64,000 nucleotides of DNA from Escherichia coli (GTDB taxonomy: Bacteria > Pseudomonadota > Gammaproteobacteria > Enterobacterales > Enterobacteriaceae), in assembly GCF_041886205.1 (NCBI RefSeq), contig NZ_CP169029.1. One strand, 5' to 3'. The notes beneath the pieces are model-generated. The model did not search any database. It worked only from the letters and a program-made list of their open reading frames with translations, and had not been told where the DNA came from. Shown here piece after piece: positions 37,120 through 48,204 of the stretch (the stretch's first letter is position 1; every line of letters starts with the position of its first letter). The position numbers and the translations under genes were made by a program.

Positions 37120-37704
37120 TTACTCCGGATATTTAAAAATTACGTAGGTATGCGACGGGCAGAGTTTGTTAAGCACACACTCGACAACGGTGTCGCCCCA
37201 GATACGCAGTGCGGAATCACAGGGATCGCCACATGTCATCCAGGTGGTGTTGGTGGCGGCTGGCATGTTGACCTGCCAGTAATACCGCCATTCCGGCGCA
37301 TTCACAGCGTCAGTGCAGGCTGATGAGCAGGTGAACGTGCTTTTGTCGTATCGCGTGATGGTAGCGTCTGGTCTGCCCAGGGCAGCAAGCTGTGCAAGAT
37401 AAAAATCCTCGTTGATGCCGCCCGCCAGGTTAACCTTCGCATCCAGCCGTTGCTGACGCTGGCGAAGGGTCTGTGTCCCTGCGGGAATACATTCATCCGG
37501 CAGACCGCACAGACGCTCCCAGCGGTTTATCAGTTCAGTGGTGGTGCGCGGATCCAGCTCCCGCATCAGGGCATCCGCACGCTGATGAACGCGGGTTAAT
37601 GACGGTGCCGCACCGGCAATCGCCGGATCGCTGGCTGACCACGCCGGACCGGGGGGCAACAGTGCCGACAACAGACGGATGTAATCATCGTTTGTCACGT
37701 CCAT
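37120..37704 (-). CDS. Mu gp48-like tail/baseplate protein (DUF2313, YmfQ-like)
   Basis: 194 aa; position between baseplate J and tail fibre as in Mu and e14. Confidence 0.6.
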   Translation of the reverse strand: MDVTNDDYIRLLSALLPPGPAWSASDPAIAGAAPSLTRVHQRADALMRELDPRTTTELINRWERLCGLPDECIPAGTQTLRQRQQRLDAKVNLAGGINEDFYLAQLAALGRPDATITRYDKSTFTCSSACTDAVNAPEWRYYWQVNMPAATNTTWMTCGDPCDSALRIWGDTVVECVLNKLCPSHTYVIFKYPE

Positions 37705-38753
37705 GAAATCGTCCCCAGTACCGCCAGTTCATTTTTTGCAATGGAGATATTGTCTGCCGGTGCAAGCAACTGATGGCTGTATTCCCCGTTCGCACCGGAA
37801 ATCGCTTCACTGATACGCGACACCTTCAGTTCTCCCTGCGGATAACCATCACGCAGCAGGAACGAACGCAACTCGGCGGTGATGGCAGCCCGTATTTCTG
37901 GTGTATCCGGCGTCACACGGATATGAAAATCCACCGTATGCGCCACCGGCCTGAACACATACAAATCAGAGCCTGCCACCGGGGCCAGTGGCTCGATATG
38001 CAGCCTTGCCGCCGTTTCCGTTGATTCTTCCGGAATGGGATTAATCAGGTCGCTGCTGGCAATCATCACACCGACAGTCCCCGTTCCCATCCAGTGTCGG
38101 TATGTCCATGCGCGGGTAATGCCGGGAACTTCTTTAGCCCAGACGACATAGTCCCCGTCAGCCCCGCCCTGAGGCGTCCAGTAATACCGCTCAATGACGC
38201 GGGCGCGCCACATTTCCAGCTCTTCAGTATCAAATCCACCTGTCAGTGTATCTGCCACGCCGGAAGACGGCAGACCATTCACCGGCGTGACCAGGATTAA
38301 TGACGTACCGTCGTCAGCGTTACCGACCGCGCCTGCACTTGAGCAGGCGATCGGCACGCGCAGGACACCACCGGAGCTGGTTGCATCGGCAGTTGCCGTG
38401 TACTGCACCAGGTCATCGCGCTGAATAACACTCCCGGCGGTCACCTTCAGGCCATCGCTGACACCTTCCCAGCGCATATACCCGCTGGCAGCCGTGGCCC
38501 CCTTGCGCGGACACCGTTTCATCGCAGCATGTCGCGCCAGCCAGGACTCATCGCACAAGTCAGGCAGCATGTTCATTGCCAGATAATCGATGTACCCGTA
38601 AACCGTATGCAGCGCCGCCGCATACACCTTTGCCCGCACGTCTTCATCCATGCGCCGGAGCGTGTCGCTGACGTCCAGCCTGGCGAATAAATCGTTACGG
38701 AGCATACTGATATTTTCTGCCAGCGTCGGGCGCTGAAATTCACTGTCCGCCAT
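37695..38753 (-). CDS. Baseplate J-like protein (Mu gp47-like)
   Basis: 352 aa; gene order and overlapping coupling. Confidence 0.65.
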   Translation of the reverse strand: MADSEFQRPTLAENISMLRNDLFARLDVSDTLRRMDEDVRAKVYAAALHTVYGYIDYLAMNMLPDLCDESWLARHAAMKRCPRKGATAASGYMRWEGVSDGLKVTAGSVIQRDDLVQYTATADATSSGGVLRVPIACSSAGAVGNADDGTSLILVTPVNGLPSSGVADTLTGGFDTEELEMWRARVIERYYWTPQGGADGDYVVWAKEVPGITRAWTYRHWMGTGTVGVMIASSDLINPIPEESTETAARLHIEPLAPVAGSDLYVFRPVAHTVDFHIRVTPDTPEIRAAITAELRSFLLRDGYPQGELKVSRISEAISGANGEYSHQLLAPADNISIAKNELAVLGTISWT

Positions 38754-39168
38754 GCGTTATCGCACTCCACAGATCATCAAAAGAAATCATTACCGGTCCG
38801 TCACGACGCCAGAGAGTGATACTGTTACCCAGTTCATTAATCCCGGTGCGGCGGATATCCAGATCAATACGGGACACCACGCCATCATCAATCATCCATT
38901 GCAGGCATTCGCGGATATACCCCCTTACCGTCTGCACCAGCTGATTGGTCAGTTTGCTGCGCTGAAGCAGCCACAGTCGGGAGCCGTAACGGTCATTCTG
39001 TACCGCAGGCCAGGTATCCCCCCACCATCCCATCGGGACGCCGGCGTTGTCATCAGGCTCCGCCCGCCGCCAGGTAAACAGGGAAATCACCACGGCGCGG
39101 GTCAGCGGATCCAGCGGTGCGCTGGCGCAGGTGCGTTTACCGTTCACCGTCAGCCACAGTTCCATCAT
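38740..39168 (-). CDS. Baseplate wedge protein (Mu gp46 / T4 gp25-like)
   Basis: 142 aa; gene order. Confidence 0.55.
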   Translation of the reverse strand: MMELWLTVNGKRTCASAPLDPLTRAVVISLFTWRRAEPDDNAGVPMGWWGDTWPAVQNDRYGSRLWLLQRSKLTNQLVQTVRGYIRECLQWMIDDGVVSRIDLDIRRTGINELGNSITLWRRDGPVMISFDDLWSAITHGGQ

Positions 39169-39713
39169 GCCTCCATCGCTTTATCAGGTTTGTCGGTGTT
39201 ACTGCCCTGACCGTTCTCTCTGTGACGATGCCCGTTATAGGCAAGCCGCATCGCTGACATGGTGGTGCCGCCGGAGTCGCACAGGTCTTTCACCTGTCCT
39301 GTCACTTCCAGGTCCATTTCAAAACGTGCCTTAGGCGCATTGCGAAACGTGATCGTTTTACCAGCACCGTCCACCACGATCCCCTCCCGGGTCAGCGTCA
39401 CGGACTGCCCCTGATCGTCATAGACAGCCACCTCCCCAGTCTGCAGCCCTTTCAGGCGGTAGCGACGGTCCGACACCGTAACAACCACCGCATGAGAACG
39501 GTCGCCATCCGGAAACAACACCACCGCTTCCGCACCGCTGTTTGCCCTTGCGGTAAAACCGTAGGGTTCAAGATGTTCAACCCCGGCTTTGGGTTCACCG
39601 GCAATCAGGGACACATCCACGGTCTGACATTTCGTGGCGGCACTGATGCTTTTCACCACGGCCCGCCCAATCAGGCCGAGGAGTTGTCGCTGCATGGCTT
39701 CAATCGTCCTCAT
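39165..39713 (-). CDS. Baseplate assembly protein V / spike (Mu gp45-like)
   Basis: 182 aa; gene order. Confidence 0.55.
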   Translation of the reverse strand: MRTIEAMQRQLLGLIGRAVVKSISAATKCQTVDVSLIAGEPKAGVEHLEPYGFTARANSGAEAVVLFPDGDRSHAVVVTVSDRRYRLKGLQTGEVAVYDDQGQSVTLTREGIVVDGAGKTITFRNAPKARFEMDLEVTGQVKDLCDSGGTTMSAMRLAYNGHRHRENGQGSNTDKPDKAMEA

Positions 39714-40792
39714 CAGAACGGGTCCTCCTGTACTCTGGCTTTTTTCTTTTTCCGCGCGCCGGGGTCTTCAGGTTCAGGCAGATAAGCATCAGGCGGGCCG
39801 ACACGGATTTCCGTCAGGGTGCCGTTCTGGTCCTGAGTAAACGTGACTTCCGAAACAAGCAGTTCGGTATTTTCGAAACCACAGACCGGATCAAAGACAA
39901 TCACCCGCTGGTTGGGCTGCCACAGCGTACCGTTACCCTGTCGCCAGCCCTGCACCACATAGGTGGTTTCATCCGTCCGCGCCGCCCGTTGTCGGGCTTC
40001 AAAGTCCGCACGGGCAATACAGCCTGCCCCCGTAGCCTGCCCTGTCTGCCTGATATACATCGGACGGTAACGGGCAATAAATGCGTCCTCTGTGCGGGCC
40101 CGCAGCGCGGTGGTGGTGGCCTCACCGAAATCATCGTCGTTTCCGGCACGCTGCCCCGCCACCTGGTAAACAGAAAACCGCTCCCGGATACTCTTCTCCG
40201 TATCGCAGGAAAGGATGTTTTCCCCAAGTACCAGCGCGGTATGTGCCCGCGTTGAGCCAATACCGCCAATCACCAGCCTGCCGTGCGGGTCGTCATAAGC
40301 CAGCGCCTGCTGCTGACCGAGTATTTTGTTAATCACCTCGATCACCGTTTCACCGTGATCAGGCTGGACATCAGGAATAACACCCGACGGCGCACCGCTG
40401 TTCACCACCTCAATACCGAAGGGCGCAGCAAGCGCCTGCGCAATCTGTACCAGTGATCGTCCGTTAAACTGTGTCGGTTCGGCTGCACAATCAATCAGGT
40501 CAGCGGTCAGACTGCGTCCGGCAATACCGGTGCTGACCGAACGGGCATCGTAACGAACGGGCGTCGCCTCCACCCAGCCGGTGATCACCAGCTCATCACC
40601 AATCAGCACCTCCACTTTTGAACCGTTTTTAATGCGCGGCTGAAGCATGGTGATACCCTCATCACCCGGCCACTGGCGAGTGATCTCCACACTGAAATCC
40701 CGCGCCAGCCGTTCAATACCGGCACCGATGCGCACCGATGTCCAGCCATTCCACTCCCGGCCATTTACCCGTAGCGTGACATTGTCGTTCAT
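39713..40792 (-). CDS. Baseplate hub / tail protein (Mu P-like)
   Basis: 359 aa; follows DNA-circulation-like gene. Confidence 0.55.
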   Translation of the reverse strand: MNDNVTLRVNGREWNGWTSVRIGAGIERLARDFSVEITRQWPGDEGITMLQPRIKNGSKVEVLIGDELVITGWVEATPVRYDARSVSTGIAGRSLTADLIDCAAEPTQFNGRSLVQIAQALAAPFGIEVVNSGAPSGVIPDVQPDHGETVIEVINKILGQQQALAYDDPHGRLVIGGIGSTRAHTALVLGENILSCDTEKSIRERFSVYQVAGQRAGNDDDFGEATTTALRARTEDAFIARYRPMYIRQTGQATGAGCIARADFEARQRAARTDETTYVVQGWRQGNGTLWQPNQRVIVFDPVCGFENTELLVSEVTFTQDQNGTLTEIRVGPPDAYLPEPEDPGARKKKKARVQEDPF

Positions 40793-42162
40793 TGCACTGG
40801 CACCTTCAGAGGGATCACCGGCACAAAGCCGGGATGCGTAATGGCATTACGCCGGATAATGTCCGCGTCACGCGCCGCGTTATCAAACCAGGTCGCTGCC
40901 AGCACCAGCGCGGGTAAAACCTCATCCGGTGTGCGCTGAATGATCCGTGCAGACTGTTCAAGGCGCGTGTTGATATCCGCATTCAGATCTGCTTTCACCC
41001 GGCGCAGCGCCAGAAACAGCGCATCACTGGTTGTACGGGACAACTCCTTATCAATTGCCGTATTCAGTGTGTCGCGAATGTCAGTCAGTTCTTCCCACGT
41101 CGGCAGGTCAACCGTGTTTTTCACCGCCGGTGCATTGTTCAGTGCCGGATGCGTGACGGAAGGCCAGCCAGTGCTCTGCGCGGGTGTTGTTGCCTGCCCC
41201 ACTGCGGAATTCTGCATCACCGCGGAAGTTGTTGGCGCAGGCAATCGGGTGACGGCATACGCCGCTTCGCTGATTGCGGTCGTACGAAGGGTGCTGGCAA
41301 CCACGTTACGCTGCTGCGTAGCCGTGGCGGTGGTTTTACTGTCCGTTTTCCAGACGCCGCGCGGTTGCAGATCGCTGCCGAGGCTGACACCGGAAAGCGT
41401 TTTGATCATGGTGACCAGGTCGCTGGCGTTACCATAAAGGCGTTTCCCGGTACGCCACATTTTCTGCACCTGCTCAACGAAATTTTTGCCTGACGATGGC
41501 GGCGGCAGAAGTACCGAGATATCCCCCTGTAACAGCCTGGCGGCATCCGATACGGCAGAATCCACCACTTTCATCGCATCAGAAACATACCCCAGCATTA
41601 TGCTGGCATTACCGATAACGTCGTTCTGCACGAAATCCGCCACACCATCGATACTGAAACCGCTGAAGCTGTCACTGATGCAGTCATCCAGTGCAGAACA
41701 GGATGACATCAGCGTCTGCGCCGTCGCCGCACCTGATGTGGGGTAAGAGAGCTCTCCTGCTTCGACAAACTTCAGGTCAAAGCGGACAATACGTCCTTCA
41801 CTTTTCGATGTGCTGACCCGAACTTCCCCGTCAACACAGACTTTCAGCTCACCGTATGTCGGATGGACAAGCGTGCCGGGACCGGGTTTATTCAGCGCGT
41901 CAATCAGGCGATCGCGCTGGTCAAAACAGTCATCTCCCACCACATAAGCCGTGATGGACGGGCGGAAAGTGATTTTCCCCAGGTCTTCGGTATAGGGTTT
42001 GTCGCGGTTCGGGTATTCATGTGTTTCTACACGGCGACCGGTTCCCGCACTTTCTTCTTCAACCTTAAACGGCACACCTCGAAATGATGCTTCAAGTAGC
42101 TTTTCACGCCAGCCACTTCGAGAATCAGAGGATAGGTACGAAGAAATATGAGAAAAATCCAT
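40789..42162 (-). CDS. Mu N-like DNA circulation / tail protein
   Basis: 457 aa; position between tape measure and baseplate hub. Confidence 0.5.
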   Translation of the reverse strand: MDFSHISSYLSSDSRSGWREKLLEASFRGVPFKVEEESAGTGRRVETHEYPNRDKPYTEDLGKITFRPSITAYVVGDDCFDQRDRLIDALNKPGPGTLVHPTYGELKVCVDGEVRVSTSKSEGRIVRFDLKFVEAGELSYPTSGAATAQTLMSSCSALDDCISDSFSGFSIDGVADFVQNDVIGNASIMLGYVSDAMKVVDSAVSDAARLLQGDISVLLPPPSSGKNFVEQVQKMWRTGKRLYGNASDLVTMIKTLSGVSLGSDLQPRGVWKTDSKTTATATQQRNVVASTLRTTAISEAAYAVTRLPAPTTSAVMQNSAVGQATTPAQSTGWPSVTHPALNNAPAVKNTVDLPTWEELTDIRDTLNTAIDKELSRTTSDALFLALRRVKADLNADINTRLEQSARIIQRTPDEVLPALVLAATWFDNAARDADIIRRNAITHPGFVPVIPLKVPVQ

Positions 42163-42218
42163 GGCGTCACCTCAAATAAAAACCGCGTGTAAACGCGGTT
42201 TTTTATTAGGTAATAAAA

Positions 42219-42707
42219 TTAACGATCATAATCAACATTATGAGTATCTATTCTACATGATGAATAAGTAATTCCGCTTTCACCACTAATATTTACGCCA
42301 GCCTTTACCTTCCCTGTTTTCGTAACATCAACAAAGAATTGCCCTCTTGGCATTTTAAATGCAAAAGAGAAACCAATAATTTCCGAGTCAAAGTTATTTT
42401 CATCCTCACTAATTGGTACAATAAAAGTCAATGGTGCAGATTGTGAGTTATTTTCAAAATCAAAAGCACCAATGCTTTTATTAAACTCGTAGGATGCTTT
42501 TTTTATTAAAAGAGTTCCACTTGCCGACTTTGCTGGGCATATTACATACAGTCTATTTATTCCCTCTACATCTAGATCTATATTCTTATCCGCTGAAGTT
42601 TTAACGTTATCTATAAAGTATGTAGCAAGCTGCTTTTCCGTTACTGGCTTCGCAAAGGAGTTTAATGGCAGTCCTACAGCCAACAACAATATAAACATTT
42701 TCTTCAT
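42219..42707 (-). CDS. Secreted small protein (moron) inside the tail operon
   Basis: AT-rich ORF with signal peptide MKKMFILLLAVGLPLNSFA; own terminator hairpin downstream (42170-42200); start taken at Met-12 of ORF-track frame. Confidence 0.6.
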   Translation of the reverse strand: MKKMFILLLAVGLPLNSFAKPVTEKQLATYFIDNVKTSADKNIDLDVEGINRLYVICPAKSASGTLLIKKASYEFNKSIGAFDFENNSQSAPLTFIVPISEDENNFDSEIIGFSFAFKMPRGQFFVDVTKTGKVKAGVNISGESGITYSSCRIDTHNVDYDR

Positions 42708-42771
42708 ATTCTCTCCTACATTCAGCACAAACTTTACCACTCAATAACCCTACTTGATTAAAGTAGTTATA

Positions 42772-44673
42772 TTATCGTCTGAATGGAGAATACCCCACAT
42801 CGTGCGTGATTTTCATCAGGGGATCGGCTTTGCCCGGTACATCAATTATCTTCATACCTGGCGGAGCATTCTCGAACGTGACTTTCAGCTCGCTGTGCTG
42901 TGTCATGGAAGAAGATGGATTCAACAGCGGAACATTGGGTTTGTACTGACTCAGGCTGGCCTGATACTGCTCGTACTCTTTACGATCAAAAAAAGGCGTC
43001 CAGTCTGAAGCCAGAAACAGCCCTTTATTATCCAGCCAGTTAACCGTATCTTCAGGAACAACACTTTCCAGAGTATCTTTAACCGGCTCATACATCAGGG
43101 TTCCCAGAAAACCATATACCCCGGCCTTCCCGATAAAGCCGCGCCCTTTCCCCATCAATCCCGTTTCTGCCGATACCTTCCCCAGCGTACGCATCTCTCT
43201 GGTCACTGCGGTAATGGATTTGGTAACGTCAGCAACCCATTTGGTTGCCATAAACAGGGCAATCGCTTTCAGAACAGTTTCCCATCCCCCCATCGCCTGC
43301 GCCGTTTCATCCACCACGTGCCAGACTTTTTTTATGACAGGACCTACGGTTTCCCAATTATCAATAATGAGGTAAGCGCCACCAACCAGAAGAGCAATCA
43401 GCCCCTTAGCAGGCGTCATATTCATCACACCGCCGAGAACTTTCATGATTCTGGACAAAGAGCCTGCAGCGGCCCCCACTGTCAGTAAAGCCAGACCGAT
43501 TTTAGCAATGGTCTTAACGAGCTCCGGGTTTTCACGGACAAACGTTCTCACTTCCTCAAGGAGCGGTTTTACCGCTTCAAGACCATCATTAACCTCAGGA
43601 AGAAACGTTTCCCCCAGAGTGGAAGAAATGGCATCAAGTTGATTTTGCAGAAGTAAAAGCTGGTTTTCCGTCGTCGCTGCCCTCGAAGCATATTCCTTCT
43701 GCATCGAACTGCCATACTGCTGGGAATCCGCAACCCGCCTGAAGTTGGTACGCAACAAATCAAGGTTAGTCAGCAGAGGTGCTATCGCGCCCAGAGACTC
43801 TTTCCCGAACAGGGCATTCAGCACAGCTGCCTGTTTTTCTTTAGGCACTTTAGACATCGCATCCAGTACAGACAGCATGGTTCCCCGGGCATCTTTCTGC
43901 ATATCAGCAGCTAATTTCTTCGGATTGATCCGCAGAAAACGTAATGCCTGTTTCTGCGATTTTGTCGCGGAATTTCCCGCGGTCAGGGAAAGCATGAAGT
44001 TCTTGATCCCTGTGGCGGCAATTTCTGACTCCACGCCCATCCCGGCAATGGTTGCCCCCATTGCCGCGATTTCGCCGGAAGCCACACCTGCAACACCACC
44101 TAAAGGACCAATACGCGTAACAATATCGGAGATTTTCTTCGCATTCGCCGGACCGGTATTACCAAGGTAGTTGATTTTGTCAGCCAGCCCGGCCACTTCA
44201 TCCTGCGTCATATTAAACGCAGTACGCCACTGGGCCATCATCTGCCCGGACTCTTCAGCCGTGGTATCAAAGGCCACGCCCATCTTCACCGCATCAGTGG
44301 CAAACTGCATCAGTTCATCACGTGCAATCCCGGCCTGACCGCCAGCCGCCACAATTTCCGCGATCCCGTCTGCAGACATGGGAAGCTCAGTAGACAAAGC
44401 GCGTACCTGCTCCGTCATGGCCTTAAACGCATCCGGCGTATCCAGACCGTCCACCACTTTGCGGACATCAGCCATCTTCGATTCAAGGGTGATGGCTGAT
44501 TTTACAGGGAGTGCCAGTGCCCCCATTATTGCAGTACCCGCCCCGGCAGCGCCCAGAGCAAGGCTGGAGACTTCTTTCTGAAACCCCTTAAGCTGACGCT
44601 GCATACCTTTAAGCGGGCCGGATAGCCTGTCAACGGCGGTGATGATGGCTTTCAGCTGAAAATTATCAGCCAT
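42772..44673 (-). CDS. Tail tape-measure protein
   Basis: 633 aa, Ala/Gly-rich alpha-helical; after tube and chaperone genes. Confidence 0.75.
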   Translation of the reverse strand: MADNFQLKAIITAVDRLSGPLKGMQRQLKGFQKEVSSLALGAAGAGTAIMGALALPVKSAITLESKMADVRKVVDGLDTPDAFKAMTEQVRALSTELPMSADGIAEIVAAGGQAGIARDELMQFATDAVKMGVAFDTTAEESGQMMAQWRTAFNMTQDEVAGLADKINYLGNTGPANAKKISDIVTRIGPLGGVAGVASGEIAAMGATIAGMGVESEIAATGIKNFMLSLTAGNSATKSQKQALRFLRINPKKLAADMQKDARGTMLSVLDAMSKVPKEKQAAVLNALFGKESLGAIAPLLTNLDLLRTNFRRVADSQQYGSSMQKEYASRAATTENQLLLLQNQLDAISSTLGETFLPEVNDGLEAVKPLLEEVRTFVRENPELVKTIAKIGLALLTVGAAAGSLSRIMKVLGGVMNMTPAKGLIALLVGGAYLIIDNWETVGPVIKKVWHVVDETAQAMGGWETVLKAIALFMATKWVADVTKSITAVTREMRTLGKVSAETGLMGKGRGFIGKAGVYGFLGTLMYEPVKDTLESVVPEDTVNWLDNKGLFLASDWTPFFDRKEYEQYQASLSQYKPNVPLLNPSSSMTQHSELKVTFENAPPGMKIIDVPGKADPLMKITHDVGYSPFRR

Positions 44674-44757
44674 GCTTCATCTCCTCATTTATACGGACGG
44701 CCTCTGCCTCCAGATCAGCAAAGTGGGAAATAGCCGTCCGGCGAAGTTCAAGGGGGT

Positions 44758-45081
44758 TTAATTTCCAGAACCACGCGACATTGTAGAATCGCTTCCGGAG
44801 GTCTCTTCCGTCTCCAAGCCGGTAAAAAAACGCATTACAATCATGCCTGCCTTGAAAATATCCAGCTTCGTCATCTGCGCTGCAGACGAGCGCGGGATCC
44901 CGGCCAGAAGCGGGATATATTTCAGCGCTACCTGACTGTCCATTTTCATACCACCATCAGGCGAAACAGAGAAAGGGAACCCCAGCGCCTCAATCTCGTC
45001 ATACGTAGGCTCACGTATTTCCAGCACATGCAGTGTTTCTTTGTGGGCGATGATCGGTTTTTTAAGTACAAGCTCAATCAC
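44758..45081 (-). CDS. Tail assembly chaperone
   Basis: 107-aa ORF between tube and tape measure. Confidence 0.5.
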   Translation of the reverse strand: MIELVLKKPIIAHKETLHVLEIREPTYDEIEALGFPFSVSPDGGMKMDSQVALKYIPLLAGIPRSSAAQMTKLDIFKAGMIVMRFFTGLETEETSGSDSTMSRGSGN

Positions 45082-45434
45082 TGGTAATCCCCTTCTTCAC
45101 CGTGGAACTCAAGATCAACCGTACCTTCTTCGGCATTATGGTTCGCTTCGCCGTGCAGCCAGGCTGACGACAATACATAGACCTGACCGTTCGCCAGCTC
45201 GGCAGTGATGGTCATCTCATCAGACGAGGTGATTTTGCTCACCGGAAAATTCTTCGGCACCTTGAAGGTCCCTTTGACATAAGGCGCACGGTGAGTTTCC
45301 TTGCGGTCCACTGAACCGTCCAGGCCGATGATGTCATCATTGACCGTCCTGTTCATGGGCACCTCAATGCCGCCGGTCAGCGATAGCTGCTGACCGTCAA
45401 TTTTGAAATAACAGGTTCCCCCGATACGGGCCAT
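45078..45434 (-). CDS. Tail tube protein
   Basis: 118-aa ORF immediately after sheath gene. Confidence 0.6.
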   Translation of the reverse strand: MARIGGTCYFKIDGQQLSLTGGIEVPMNRTVNDDIIGLDGSVDRKETHRAPYVKGTFKVPKNFPVSKITSSDEMTITAELANGQVYVLSSAWLHGEANHNAEEGTVDLEFHGEEGDYQ

Positions 45435-46930
45435 TATGCAGACTCCTCTGAATACTGAAGACGGAACTGGTTAACCACGGCAAAGACACGCAACTGGTTA
45501 ACATAGTCAGGCGGGAACAGCGTGTTCAGGCGGTTCGGATCGCTGGCATCACGCTCCACAACCAGGTACTGCTTAAACAGTTCGTAGTTTTCCACGATCC
45601 CCGCACGCTCAAGCTGACGGTAGGTTGCCAGCAGTTCCCCTTTGATTACCGCCGGAGTGACAATCGCCTGACCGGGACCAAAGCGGGTACCGTCGCTGGC
45701 AAGCTTGTGACGCCCGTACTTACTGGTAATGACGGATTTCAGTTTGCGCAGTACATACGCACTGGTATGCAGCGTCTCGCTGTCGAGGTAGCTGTTATCC
45801 GCAACCCCGTAAGCATTTTTCCTGTACGTGGTGACATCACGCTGAATGCGCAGCACCCCGCTTTCGACATACGCCGTTGCCACGCCATGAGACAGCAGGG
45901 TCTGTTGCTCGGTCATCGTGAACCGTTTCCCCTTCGGCGCAGGCAGCATCCCCACCAGCTCACCGGTCTGCGTGGGACGTGCCGGATCGTTGCGAATAAA
46001 CACAGCTGCGCGGGCGGTACGGCTTGCCGCCAGCTCGTCGGCTGGCGTCTGAGTGTCTTTTTCGTATCCCGCCAGGGTAATGTGCTGCTGGTTAAACTGG
46101 TCACCTGCGGTCACCAGTTCTGACAGCGTGCCGATCTTTGCCGTATACACATGACCATACAGCTGACGCGCATAGCTCCAGCGACCGCTGGTATCGTTCA
46201 TCTCGGTCACCAGCGTGTTAACGGAGGCCGTGTCGTTGAACGGCAGGCCGATATAATCAAACGGCTCATCCGCCATTGCAGCCACCGCGCCGGTGAGAAC
46301 AGGAGCGCCCGTTCCGGCGGTACCCGTCGCCACGGCAATCTGTACGCCCGCTGGCAGCACTTCGCCCCCACCAAAGCCGTAGTAATTGAGGCTGACAGGA
46401 ATTTCATTCCCGCAAAGCCCCTTATGACGCGCGGTCAGTGTGACCACGCCTGCCGAAGATGAGGCCGTAAACGGCAGGGCCGGAACGGCATTAATGGCAT
46501 CCTGGATACTGCTGGCAATCGTCGCGACGTTATCGCCGTTGGTCACCGGTGCCTGCACGCGGGTACGTCCCACATAAACATTCACCGTGCCAGTTTCGGT
46601 TGCCGCCCCGGTCACCGTCAGCGTAACCGTTGCCGCCGCGCCTGTGGCTTCCGGAACGGCAATCACATACAGCTCGCCAAACGGGTCGGTCTGGCGATAA
46701 GCCTCGACCATACGCGCCAGCTGACTTCCCGCACCACAAATCTGGCGTGCATAGTCTGCCGACGGCATCAGCACCAGACTGTTGGCAACAATCTCTGCAC
46801 CGTTATTGGCGTGACCAATCAGCAACGATGCCCCGCTGTCCTGTGCAGTATTCGCCGCCTGGTTATCCATTTCCGCATAAAACAGCGGAACCAGCGTATT
46901 CGACGGAATGGTGTTAAAGCTTATCGTCAT
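45434..46930 (-). CDS. Contractile tail sheath protein (Mu L-like)
   Basis: 498 aa; followed by tube gene. Confidence 0.75.
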   Translation of the reverse strand: MTISFNTIPSNTLVPLFYAEMDNQAANTAQDSGASLLIGHANNGAEIVANSLVLMPSADYARQICGAGSQLARMVEAYRQTDPFGELYVIAVPEATGAAATVTLTVTGAATETGTVNVYVGRTRVQAPVTNGDNVATIASSIQDAINAVPALPFTASSSAGVVTLTARHKGLCGNEIPVSLNYYGFGGGEVLPAGVQIAVATGTAGTGAPVLTGAVAAMADEPFDYIGLPFNDTASVNTLVTEMNDTSGRWSYARQLYGHVYTAKIGTLSELVTAGDQFNQQHITLAGYEKDTQTPADELAASRTARAAVFIRNDPARPTQTGELVGMLPAPKGKRFTMTEQQTLLSHGVATAYVESGVLRIQRDVTTYRKNAYGVADNSYLDSETLHTSAYVLRKLKSVITSKYGRHKLASDGTRFGPGQAIVTPAVIKGELLATYRQLERAGIVENYELFKQYLVVERDASDPNRLNTLFPPDYVNQLRVFAVVNQFRLQYSEESA

Positions 46931-47092
46931 CGGTGTTCACCTTTTTATTCACGCGCCGGATATCACCCGCTGCTTCACGGCGCAGCCAGTAGTTGTTCTC
47001 GTCAACATTTCGCCCTTCGGTGGGCAAAAGGTCACCGCGGGCAGGGTCAGGCACTGACCGCCCTTTAACAGGTTTCACAAACATGAAGATTC

Positions 47093-47653
47093 TCAGGAAG
47101 GAAGGGTTATTTCGGTGTGATGTTCGATATCGCCGTCAGGCCCGTTACCGGGATCGAGATAATCAACATCAATCGCCAGCGTTCGCAGTTCATCCAGACT
47201 GTTCAGGTCATCCTGCTGGCGGGTATCGTCTTCGGTCAGCTCGCTGATGACCGAAAAATCGAACTGATAAATCAGCTCATGACGATTCAGATCCAGCAGC
47301 GTGCCGCCGTCATAGTTAATCGGGTTACCGCACGCTTCCGGGTTCCAGCCCAGCAGGGCCTTAAAGAGCATCTGCCGGACATCGTCCACCACATCATACG
47401 AGGCAAACTGACCGCGCTCATCACGCCCGTTACTCAGTATGACAACCACGGAGAAGCCCTCTTTCAGCTCCTGCCAGTAGTCGGTATGGCTTTTGTTTTC
47501 TCCCGGAGAATCATCCCCCGGTACCACATATGCCGCCGGGAGTTTCAGCTTTCCGACCTCCGGCAGATTTTTGAACTGGGCCGCGCCTGCCACCCGGTTT
47601 TCAAAATACGGGCAGCGGGCACGCAGCGCAGCAATAACAGGCGTCAGTTTCAT
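47093..47653 (-). CDS. Tail terminator/completion-like protein (Mu K-like position)
   Basis: 186 aa, directly upstream of sheath gene, coupled to preceding gene. Confidence 0.4.
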   Translation of the reverse strand: MKLTPVIAALRARCPYFENRVAGAAQFKNLPEVGKLKLPAAYVVPGDDSPGENKSHTDYWQELKEGFSVVVILSNGRDERGQFASYDVVDDVRQMLFKALLGWNPEACGNPINYDGGTLLDLNRHELIYQFDFSVISELTEDDTRQQDDLNSLDELRTLAIDVDYLDPGNGPDGDIEHHTEITLPS

Positions 47654-48204
47654 GTTTTTTTCCTTCTTACAGGACGTAATGACCGCTGTAACTCACGGGA
47701 CAGTAACTTTTGTGTCCAGTAACGACGCTGGTCGATGACATCAGCCATAAAGTTATTACGTGGTGCCAGCCGCCAGCGGGATGAATGCTGCTTTTTCTGG
47801 CGCTTATCCTTTTTGCTCATCCCGTATGCGGCATGACGCACACCGTAATACAGAAACGCCGGATAATACGCAGAACCTTCAGGAAAACGCCGGTTACCCT
47901 GCCCGTTTTTCTGGTTAGGGGAAATCCTGACCATCAGGCCAGAACGACGGGAGCTTTTACGGGGGACGTAATAACCTATAGAACGCGCAAGTCGTCCGGT
48001 CTGATAGCCGGGGTTTTCACCTGGAGCAGACCGACCACGTCGCATCACCAGCCGCCGGGCATCACGCATATAGACACGCCCGATTTGAACAAATGCCCTT
48101 CGGAGCCTGGCACGATTAAACTCCATCTCCTCCGGTTGTTTGAAATCAACGTGTAAAAATGCTGTCTGCTCCACTGCGTCCTCCCATTTGTTCTTCGGCA
48201 CCAA
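47650..48204 (-). CDS. Virion morphogenesis / head-tail joining protein (HK97 gp10-like)
   Basis: 184 aa basic protein in head-tail joining block. Confidence 0.4.
   Translation of the reverse strand: MVPKNKWEDAVEQTAFLHVDFKQPEEMEFNRARLRRAFVQIGRVYMRDARRLVMRRGRSAPGENPGYQTGRLARSIGYYVPRKSSRRSGLMVRISPNQKNGQGNRRFPEGSAYYPAFLYYGVRHAAYGMSKKDKRQKKQHSSRWRLAPRNNFMADVIDQRRYWTQKLLSRELQRSLRPVRRKKT

Noticed and set aside
47117-47722. 201-aa plus-strand ORF opposite the tail terminator-like gene
   Set aside because: The minus-strand frame is translationally coupled to neighbours in a uniformly minus-strand structural operon
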